Positions 53,785 through 64,000 of a stretch of DNA of 64,000 nt are shown here, piece by piece. Under the pieces are notes generated by a model. The model was given only the letters and a program-made list of their open reading frames with translations. It did not search any database and had not been told where the DNA came from. The position numbers were made by a program, and so were the translations under genes. How positions within the stretch are numbered: the stretch's first letter is position 1; each line of letters begins with the position of its first letter. This stretch comes from Octopus bimaculoides (Eukaryota): assembly GCF_001194135.2 (NCBI RefSeq), contig NC_068992.1, positions 21,283,529 to 21,347,528 of the forward strand, given 5' to 3'.

Positions 53785-54435
53785 NNNNNNNNNNNNNNNN
53801 NNNNNNNNNNNNNNNNNNNNNNNNNNNNNNNNNNNNNNNNNNNNNNNNNNNNNNNNNNNNNNNNNNNNNNNNNNNNNNNNNNNNNNNNNNNNNNNNNNNN
53901 NNNNNNNNNNNNNNNNNNNNNNNNNNNNNNNNNNNNNNNNNNNNNNNNNNNNNNNNNNNNNNNNNNNNNNNNNNNNNNNNNNNNNNNNNNNNNNNNNNNN
54001 NNNNNNNNNNNNNNNNNNNNNNNNNNNNNNNNNNNNNNNNNNNNNNNNNNNNNNNNNNNNNNNNNNNNNNNNNNNNNNNNNNNNNNNNNNNNNNNNNNNN
54101 NNNNNNNNNNNNNNNNNNNNNNNNNNNNNNNNNNNNNNNNNNNNNNNNNNNNNNNNNNNNNNNNNNNNNNNNNNNNNNNNNNNNNNNNNNNNNNNNNNNN
54201 NNNNNNNNNNNNNNNNNNNNNNNNNNNNNNNNNNNNNNNNNNNNNNNNNNNNNNNNNNNNNNNNNNNNNNNNNNNNNNNNNNNNNNNNNNNNNNNNNNNN
54301 NNNNNNNNNNNNNNNNNNNNNNNNNNNNNNNNNNNNNNNNNNNNNNNNNNNNNNNNNNNNNNNNNNNNNNNNNNNNNNNNNNNNNNNNNNNNNNNNNNNN
54401 NNNNNNNNNNNNNNNNNNNNNNNNNNNNNNNNNNN

Positions 54436-54471
<36 letters not shown>

Positions 54472-55347
54472 AATGTATGTATGTAAGTATGTATATCATT
54501 GTTTAGTTTTGTTTCAAGATTTCTTGCCAATAGAGAAAGACCCGGTTTCTAACCTAGATTCAAGACGCCGTTATTGGAATATCAACAACAAGAGGGTATT
54601 TTTGTCTGTCTGTATGTCTGTATGTATTATGTATGCATAAATGTGTATGTTTCTGTTTTATATATGTATTCCCATGCATATAGTTGCATATCTAGACATG
54701 CTCATAAATATTTAAATGATAAACTTCTGGAAAGTTTTACAGATTTTGACAGTTCCAGTAATGGATTGGATCTGTAGCCCTTGAAGCCTAATTTCTCAAG
54801 ATTGGTATTTAGGCAGAGTGTTACATATCGCATGTATGTACGTATGTATGTATGTATGTTTGTATGTATGTATGTATGTATGTATGCATGTATGCATGTA
54901 TATAGGTAAGTAGATGGGTAGGTAGGCAGGCGGGCAGATAGGTAAGTAGGTAGGTAGGTAGGTAGGTAGGTAGGTAGGTAGGTAGGTAGGTAGGTAGGTA
55001 GGTTTCAATTCTGGGATCAGGTGGTGCGTTGTATTCTCGAGCCACACACTTCATCTCACTTTCTTCTCTTGTTACCTCGACATTTGATGTGTGGTGGACC
55101 GAACACATGTTCAGACAACATTGATTTGATGGGAGGTGGGAGTAAGCAAACGTACAGCACTTACATTCGATCACTAAAAAGAAAACATTTATACTGATCG
55201 TTCAGCAAAAAACTGAACACTCATACTTCATCTTTGAGGGGAGATCGGTCATGTAATTTGTACACCGACACACACACACACACACACACACATACACACA
55301 CACACACATACACAAACACGCAGGCATTTATATATCGCGCATGTATT

Positions 55348-55384
<37 letters not shown>

Positions 55385-55390
<6 letters not shown>

Positions 55391-55700
55391 GTATTTGTGT
55401 GGTGGGGTGTAGGCATTTACGTACGAAACCATGTGCACCAATTATTATTGCTATGAATGTGAATTTATAACCTGGATGTAGATAGTTCAAGTTTCGAATC
55501 AGTTGTCCATAGATATCCTCTTCTCTTTCTCTATGTTTTTGAAAGAGATATTCACATCAGCAGGACAACTGACATTAATGACGGTGCGTACATTTTCTTG
55601 TCTGTCCCATACAACAATATCCAACTAGACAGATAATTTGATGAGAATATTCCAATATAGATATCATTCATTGCTATTATGCAAAAGTGTCATAAGTCCA
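55385..55700 (-). mobile_element. REL-type non-LTR 3' remnant, same family as 41025-41290
   Basis: DIVVWDRQENVRTVINVSCPADVNISFK and EDIYGQLIRNLNYLHPGYKFTFIAIIIGAHGFV. Confidence 0.8.
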
Positions 55701-55964
55701 AAACGTTGCTTTGTCAGAAAACGAAAAAATAGTTTCACCATTCCACAGTAAAACCGTTGTACTACACTTTGACAATTTTTGACATTTTGGCATCAGAAGC
55801 AGCTGGAGATACGATAGTTTGACCAAAGAAACCGTCTATTGCAAGCAAAACTAAATATTGAACAAAAAAAACACCTTTGGTCAAATTTGAACATACGACA
55901 GTTTAACATAATAGCAATGATATGTTTATCTCCTTATTGTATGTAAGAGTATTCACTACAGTTA

Positions 55965-56315
55965 TTGACGGGGAGGCCCATTGTGCCCTGTGACACAGAA
56001 TTGAGAATATCCAAAAGTAGACTTGTCTGCATTTTTAACGCATTTTCTACTAGACTTGCATCCAGGTCTCATCAGTATACTGTGGAACCTCCAAAGTGTT
56101 GTAAAGCACTTTACAGTACCAGTTTCTTCCCTCGCACCTCTGAAATGGGGAATTTCCCTCCACAGTATTGTTTTCCTCTTCAATATCACCTCTAGTCTTT
56201 TAAGTGTAATGGTCATCATCACTTATTGACTTCTGTCTAGCCTCCATTTTATTCTAGTAGCTCTTGCGTTTTCAGGAGTGTAAGGACCTTGTAACGAGCG
56301 AATGATTAAAAAAAA
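55965..56315 (+). mobile_element. L2/CR1-group LINE 3' end with UTR and A-tail
   Basis: SRSHQYTVEPPKCCKALYSTSFFPRTSEMGNFPPQYCFPLQYHL matches SFFPRT..LWN.LP..FP..YNL. Ends gaatgattaaaaaaaa. Confidence 0.75.
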
Positions 56316-56889
56316 TCATATGTTTTTGTAGCTGCAAACGTAAAACGTCTCAAGGCAATGTTATTGGTAAAAATAGAAACATGCAGGAACCAGCTTTCAG
56401 AATTTATAATATTATTTCCATGTGAGAGTGTATACTAATATATACTGACTACAAAGAGAACAGTATTATTCATGATTGAAATTCATCATTTACGGTAGTA
56501 AGTACAGCCACCTCACGACTGTTTGGCATTCTCAGGTGGCGGTGAAAGTAAGAGATATCGTGAGATCATAGTTCATGTGAACTTGTAATAGCTTAAGTCT
56601 TCTTGTCTGGATATTGCTTACACTTATATTATCTGAGGCAGTACCACGTAAATAGGTGGTGATTGATATCATGTCGTCAATGAGAGATTTATGCTGTCCA
56701 ATCAGAGAATCGCCCCGTCTAAAATCGTTGGTTTAATCAGAGATCGTAGTCTGAAAGTTTGCAACTTAATTGCTATGGTTGTATGAAACCTTAAGAAAAT
56801 TGGGAAACTTTCATCTTGTTAACCATAAATTACACAACCACGAACACACGCGCGCGAACAAAAGCACGAATATGCCTCAATATACATAC

Positions 56890-56928
<39 letters not shown>

Positions 56929-56961
56929 TACATATCCATGAAGGTATATGTATATATGGGA

Positions 56962-56997
<36 letters not shown>

Positions 56998-57254
56998 TCA
57001 GATTGAGAGAGAGAGAGACAGAGAGAGAGATACACGAATGTACAGAATACGTTACAAATTCGATACGACCAATATATATGGGAGAGGTGTATGTGTTAGT
57101 ATATCTGTGACTTTGTTTGTGTGTGCGTGTGCATGCGAATGTGTGTGTGTGTGTCTCGGCATAACAATATATATGGATGTGTCTCAGATTTGCATAAAAA
57201 TGTAACATTATATTTAACTACATTATAAATATTCAAAATGTGTATATACACACA

Positions 57255-57280
57255 GATAGATAGATAGATAGATAGATAGC

Positions 57281-57357
<77 letters not shown>
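57255..57357. repeat. (GATA)n tetranucleotide microsatellite
   Basis: Directly visible. Confidence 0.95.
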
Positions 57358-57358
<1 letters not shown>

Positions 57359-58169
57359 TAATTGTTTCACTTTTCTTCCGTGTATAAAAGCACTCTTTAT
57401 GTACTTGACTACATGTTTATACACGCATATGCCTGAATCTCATAGATAGCCATATACTAATGCATATATATGGAGAAGAAAGATAGAGAATAATTAAATC
57501 ATGTATAAAGTGAGAGGCAGACAGGTACAGATAAAATACGGATATCTTATGAATTCAATTTTGAAGTAGTTGCATTTAAAGGTGACAGAGCAACAAGAAG
57601 ATGGGGATTGATGAAGGGTTGATATAAATGGTGTTGAATCTGAAAAACAAAATAACCGAGGAAGATTGCATCAATAAAATCTCATTGGAATTGCGAACGC
57701 TGTGTATAACGTTTAATTATTTATCTGCTGTAGGTCAGATAATTTCGATGCAACAGGCTTTACGTGACAGATGTTAATTTGATGTCTACTTCAGAAACAA
57801 ATTACTTACATTGAAACGCTTCTGTCTATATGTGTATATATACATATATGTGTGTGAGAGTGTGTGTATGTTTATATANNNNNNNNNNNNNNNNNNNNNN
57901 NNNNNNNNNNNNNNNNNNNNNNNNNNNNNNNNNNNNNNNNNNNNNNNNNNNNNNNNNNNNNNNNNNNNNNNNNNNNNNNNNNNNNNNNNNNNNNNNNNNN
58001 NNNNNNNNNNNNNNNNNNNNNNNNNNNNNNNNNNNNNNNNNNNNNNNNNNNNNNNNNNNNNNNNNNNNNNNNNNNNNNNNNNNNNNNNNNNNNNNNNNNN
58101 NNNNATACTTATTTGTATAAGTTTTATATGCATATAACTTACATAAATATAAAAACAGCATAAAGATAC

Positions 58170-58212
<43 letters not shown>

Positions 58213-59223
58213 CTATTGCTTTCGTTTCGAGTAAGTAGGCGAATGTGATGAGTATTTCCTTTTCGAGTGTTTGTCAGTGTGTTTAGTTATATATGTCTTC
58301 GCAAGTGTATATTAGTGGCAGCCTGTGTATGCGTGTGTGTGTGTGTGTTTGCACATGCATATGATATGTACGCATGCGTATATGCAGATTTTCCTGCGTT
58401 TGTTCAGTTCAGTCATTTGATTGTTTTGTGCGTTTGTTTGTTTTTTTATTTATTTATTTTTTTCTTTCTTTGTTCCTACTTGAAATCTCCCGGTCGAAAT
58501 ATGTGAATCAAGTAGCGATTAGCAATAAAAGGTATTCGCTTGCACGTAGTGTCACAGGAAACAATTCTGCTAATGAAGCTTAAGCAATCGTTTTCTATGA
58601 ACTTCTACATGTACAATATTACTTGCACTTTCTCTTTCCCTCACTTTTTTTATATCTTTTACCGAGTGTTGTCAGTTTCAATTCTCACAATCACCTAACC
58701 ATATTGACGAGGATAAGGTTACTGTTAACATTGTCAATTTTATAACATGGAATATCTTCGTTGGTTTTGTGTCTTTTTACTTCTAGTTTTCTTTTAGTAT
58801 TTATTCTATCACTTCGTTTCGAAGGAGATTTTTCGAAAGAAGCATTACGAGACTTCATCATTTTGAAGTTCAAGACACTTGCTCAATTCGTTTTTTGCTT
58901 ATTTTATTGGTTGTGTTTATGATATCTGAATCCATGTGTGTGTGTGTATGGGGGGGGGGTGCGTGTGTGAGTATGTGTGTGTGTGCATAAAACATCATTA
59001 AATATATATATACATACATACACATATGTATATATATTATTATTATTATCATAATTATTATCATTGCTTTTATTATTATTATGATTATTATTATTAAATT
59101 TATATTTTCATGACATTTTATATAACTCAAAGTAATAATTATAGCAGTTTGTGCTTCACTTAACAGTCTATTTCAACTGAGACGAAGCTATCATGACGTA
59201 ACTAGAATTTAAACGTCGTAATA

Positions 59224-59261
<38 letters not shown>

Positions 59262-59272
59262 TGTGTGTGTGT

Positions 59273-59314
<42 letters not shown>

Positions 59315-59365
59315 TTATCTATCCGTTTTGCAAGATTCTTGATGTGAATTCATGTGTTGAAACAG

Positions 59366-59655
59366 ATATTGCTGTATTTGGTAATGGTGATGTTGCCAGT
59401 TTAGCCAATGAAAACATACGCACTATATATTTGGTGTTCACTTGCTTCACCTTTATTTTATATTAATTGTATTTCGACCAGAGTTCTTTCGTCACGCTTC
59501 AGTGACTTCTTCCGTGGTCCTTTGGATTTTTCTTTCTTTTTGTGTCTCTCTTTCCTAACGATCTGCCATTTTGTACAAAATGAACACCAAATATATAGTG
59601 CATGTGTTACCATTGGCTTAACTGGCAACGTGACCATCCCTAAATACAACAATAT
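59366..59655. mobile_element. Element with 75-bp inverted repeats enclosing a hammerhead motif
   Basis: 59366-59440 versus the reverse complement of 59581-59655 gives 64/75 identities by manual alignment, with no gaps. Confidence 0.75.
59476..59519 (-). ncRNA. Minimal type I hammerhead ribozyme with one core substitution (U4 to G)
   Basis: Minus strand reads GACCA CGGAAGA A GTCAC tgaagc GTGAC GAAA G aa C TC TGGTC. Stem I is 5 bp, stem II is 5 bp, stem III is 2 bp and the cleavage triplet is CUC. Confidence 0.6.
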
Positions 59656-60567
59656 ATATATATATATATANNNNNNNNNNNNNNNNNNNNNNNNNNNNNN
59701 NNNNNNNNNNNNNNNNNNNNNNNNNNNNNNNNNNNNNNNNNNNNNNNNNNNNNNNNNNNNNNNNNNNNNNNNNNNNNNNNNNNNNNNNNNNNNNNNNNNN
59801 NNNNNNNNNNNNNNNNNNNNNNNNNNNNNNNNNNNNNNNNNNNNNNNNNNNNNNNNNNNNNNNNNNNNNNNNNNNNNNNNNNNNNNNNNNNNNNNNNNNN
59901 NNNNNNNNNNNNNNNNNNNNNNNNNNNNNNNNNNNNNNNNNNNNNNNNNNNNNNNNNNNNNNNNNNNNNNNNNNNNNNNNNNNNNNNNNNNNNNNNNNNN
60001 NNNNNNNNNNNNNNNNNNNNNNNNNNNNNNNNNNNNNNNNNNNNNNNNNNNNNNNNNNNNNNNNNNNNNNNNNNNNNNNNNNNNNNNNNNNNNNNNNNNN
60101 NNNNNNNNNNNNNNNNNNNNNNNNNNNNNNNNNNNNNNNNNNNNNNNNNNNNNNNNNNNNNNNNNNNNNNNNNNNNNNNNNNNNNNNNNNNNNNNNNNNN
60201 NNNNNNNNNNNNNNNNNNNNNNNNNNNNNNNNNNNNNNNNNNNNNNNNNNNNNNNNNNNNNNNNNNNNNNNNNNNNNNNNNNNNNNNNNNNNNNNNNNNN
60301 NNNNNNNNNNNNNNNNNNNNNNNNNNNNNNNNNNNNNNNNNNNNNNNNNNNNNNNNNNNNNNNNNNNNNNNNNNNNNNNNNNNNNNNNNNNNNNNNNNNN
60401 NNNNNNNNNNNNNNNNNNNNNNNNNNNNNNNNNNNNNNNNNNNNNNNNNNNNNNNNNNNNNNNNNNNNNNNNNNNNNNNNNNNNNNNNNNNNNNNNNNNN
60501 NNNNNNNNNNNNNNNNNNNNNNNNNNNNNNNNNNNNNNNNNNNNNNNNNATATATATATATATATAA

Positions 60568-60668
60568 TTCGGTATCGATAAATTAAGTACCAGTAAAACA
60601 CTGGGGTTGATGAAATCAACTTGTCCCCTCCCCAAAAATATCAGGCCTTGTGCCTTTATTAGAAAGAA
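60568..60668 (+). mobile_element. SINE family B 3' half (5' part lost in gap)
   Basis: ttcggtatcgataaattaagtaccagtaaaacactggggttgat...caggccttgtgcct...agaaagaat. Confidence 0.8.
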
Positions 60669-63600
60669 TCATTTCTCCTATCTTAGGGAGGCTCGATTTT
60701 TTTTCTTTTTATTCTGTATTGTAAAGATTCATCCACAAAAATCTGCTTAACGTTTTTCGGGCTCAACTTATACCCAGGTATATACTTCGGCTCTCAGTCT
60801 TTCTAGGTCATTAAATTATTTGTCAGTCACTAAAATAATAGTGATTGTTGGAGGTTTTGAATAGCTGCCAAATAATAGCTAAAATCAATGAGAGAAAAGA
60901 GTAATTATAAAAACATATAAAAAAATATCTACTAAATATCACAGCGACAATTATAGAACACCGTGAATAACAGATTCGGCTAGTTGCCAGAGAGCAATTT
61001 CCTTGGTTGTTTATGGGTCTTTAGTTATCTTTAGTGCATACATATCTATATTTACTAAAATTACGTACATCTGTTACAATTAAAGAGTGACAGTGCTAAT
61101 TTTTTTCTTGATGTCGAGTGTAATATTTTCTGTCTAAAATAATTATTGCAACAAAGACGTGATACGGGAACGTCTATCATATCCTAACTACTTGAACTGT
61201 ACATCTTTCCCTATATATATATTAAATATACTGTGTTCACGTTACAGTTTAGAGCTCGATCAGCTAAATTCACTTGATTTTGTCTTAGCGTTATTCCACC
61301 GTTTATATTGTTTGCATCAATAGATTCACACACTTCTATCCTTTTACTTAAGGAAAGTACAAACATACAATTTATCCTGTGGGAAAATTAATCGATCGTT
61401 GATCGCAAGGAGAATGCAGCAGTAGGTATGTTTCGGCTTTATTAGCCCTCTTCGAGAACTAATCCAATATCCACTTCTTTCTTTGTTATGTTTCAATGAA
61501 ATTTCAAACTAAGGAACAAGGTCAGAAATATGAAGGGAACGTTGTAATCAATTAAATCGGCGCTAGTACTTGAGTGGCACTTTTTTTTAGCAATGGGATG
61601 AAAAGCAAACTTATCCTGGCAGAAAGGAATTGAATTCAGAATGTAAAGACCCACAAGAAATACTGCAAGTTATCTTATCCGAAATTCCACCGACTCTACT
61701 ATACCAACGACACAATGATAATTTTTCTAAAATAAAGACAACTCATGGAATTTGAATGGAGGATTTTCGGCACGTAAATCAAATCCCTGTTCTTAATCTG
61801 CACATTATCTTGTCGACCCCAGAATGGCTAAAGACAAAACTCACTTTTGCAACAATTCAACTCAGATTTTAAAGAGTTGTATCACACTCCGCAACGTAAT
61901 CTGTCCGATGTTCAAGCGAATCAACAAATCCATTTCTCTTACGGATATCTAATAATAGAGCTACATAAAGTAGAATCACATTATCTAATTGTATCTGTTG
62001 TCATCTAAAATGAAGCAAAAAGACACGCAAGCCTAAAAGACAAATGATTTTTTCCTCGAGTTCTAGGTTTATTGGTTTTAACTAATCTGGTAAATATACT
62101 GGTTTCACATATGACAAAATCTGTGACTTAAACACTCGTTAAAACCTAAATTGCTCACTTGCTTCATCCTTGTCAATACATTTCACAAACATTTAGTTTG
62201 CCTTCTGCCAAATTATATTGAAAGTTTTGCGAGAAAGAGATAAGCCAAATCAGAATGGAATTCGACACGGGAAAGTTACACCCATTTACTTCACTATTGT
62301 TTTTTGTGGAAGGCATAAACGTTTCAACATCCAAATTCTGTTTTTACAAAGATGCGGCTTTTGTACACGATAAGGGAAATAAAGTGAAATCCAATCCCAT
62401 TTGGAAACGAATAGAGTTATGACCTAACATGTAAGACAGAAATTGTCAATGTAGCTTACGAACCTGTGGCATATCAGAAATAGTCAGCAGATCTCCTTAT
62501 AACAACCAGTCAATTTTGAAGAAAAAAAACACTAGTGGATACTATAGTTTGAGGTGCATTATTCCTGAAAATAGAAAGCAAGATAGATTAGTGCCTATTT
62601 GGTGTTAAATATTATCATATGGCACATATGAAAATGCAACTAAAGTTGGCGCCAACATTGTATACTCAGAATGTATGATTATAGATTTCTACTTCTTATC
62701 TAGATACTCATCCAGGATTTGATTCAGACAAAGATACATAATTACTAATGACACAGCTCATATAATTGTGTCCAAACAATATACTATGTGTGGTACATTG
62801 ACAGTGTTCAGCTGAATGATTCTTTACTATATTACCGTACTATACTCAAATACAGACCAAGCTAAATGCTATATGAGGTAAGTTTCCTACCCAGAAACAG
62901 AAATCGAACATCTGCACATTTACAAACCCCCTGCTGCCACCAGATCTACTAAAGATAAATGCCAACTCCTCACTAAATCGTACGCTATTTATTTTAAAAT
63001 GTTAAAGACTCGTTGAATAATGTAGTACAGTGTCAGAGACAAAATAGCAGGATGGAATGCCTTGTAATATATGACTACTCGATCCGGCTTTATCTTAAAC
63101 AAACCGCAGTCAGTGTCATTAATCAATGATGACTCTATTGTAAGCTGTTCTCTTGAAATAGACTTAAAGTCAAATCATTTCAGCCGCAAATCAATGCCAC
63201 TTAACAGAACTGTATGGTAATGAATATGGTTTTGTTAGTATTACTCTTGTTGTTCTTTAGTCAGAAATACAGGCATTAATACATGGGAAGTTTCTCTCAC
63301 AGCCATCTCGTACGTTGTTGAACTACGAATTTTTTTCTGCTTCGAAACAACATCTACATTGATTAGGATATGACAGTTATTTCTAGCAGCCCAAGCAACC
63401 ACAGAGATATTCTATCATTGACTCAGTTCAAACGTTAATTCAGGAAGGGAGGGGACCAAATATGGTCAAAAACAGTATCGTTTATTTGTGTCTACTGAAT
63501 ACTAGTTGAAATAGTAAACATGTGAAAGGATGCTGCAACACTAGATTCAGACAGTATAGACAAATAAGAAGAAATATAGGCATGTGTATATATTAAGATA

Positions 63601-63735
63601 TATAAACATATGTCCGTGTGTATATACATAAATATATATCTATTATGTATATATATATATATGAACATATATATACATACATATATATAGACATACATAT
63701 ATACACACACACACACACATACACACAGACACACA

Positions 63736-63789
<54 letters not shown>

Positions 63790-64000
63790 CATATNNNNNN
63801 NNNNNNNNNNNNNNNNNNNNNNNNNNNNNNNNNNNNNNNNNNNNNNNNNNNNNNNNNNNNNNNNNNNNNNNNNNNNNNNNNNNNNNNNNNNNNNNNNNNN
63901 NNNNNNNNNNNNNNNNNNNNNNNNNNNNNNNNNNNNNNNNNNNNNNNNNNNNNNNNNNNNNNNNNNNNNNNNNATATATATATAATGAAATGACAGGTTC

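Noticed and set aside
56660-56760. CCAAT box (ccaatcag) in a small CpG cluster
   Set aside because: An isolated motif with no associated exon or start site.
58800-58870. TGATGAAG...TTCGAAACG on the minus strand
   Set aside because: No C3 and no convincing stems. Compatible with chance.
9379-60635. Long ORFs (250-390 aa) containing X runs
   Set aside because: Artefacts of N-gaps flanked by (TA)n or (CA)n.
61430-61456. Minus-strand CTCGAAGA-G-GGCT-aataa-AGCC-GAAAC motif
   Set aside because: The core is disrupted and there is no stem I, stem III or UH site.

Overview
This is a 64 kb piece of an AT-rich animal draft genome with 14 N-gaps totalling about 5.7 kb, nearly all bordered by (TA)n. 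The repeat families closely resemble those I recall from Octopus (coleoid cephalopod); that is an inference, not a database result. Most of the window is intronic or intergenic: dense microsatellites, at least four tRNA-derived SINE families, 3' remnants of non-LTR retrotransposons (R4/Dong/CRE-type REL C-termini, CR1/L2-type, RTE-like), decayed Tc1/mariner and MULE-like transposases, a Helentron-type non-autonomous element and a palindromic MITE. Almost all ORFs in the supplied track are microsatellite or N-gap artefacts. Two signals stand out. (1) Several unrelated minimal hammerhead-ribozyme motifs of the kind known from Penelope-like elements. One is intact and sits in a tRNA-headed SINE-like inverted arrangement (25.7-26.1 kb); another is enclosed by 75-bp inverted repeats (59.4-59.7 kb). 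(2) A chain of phase-compatible plus-strand exons (41.4, 46.6, 47.9 and possibly 49.0 kb) encodes a protein I cannot identify. No rRNA, intact tRNA gene, CRISPR array or intact transposase/RT ORF was found.
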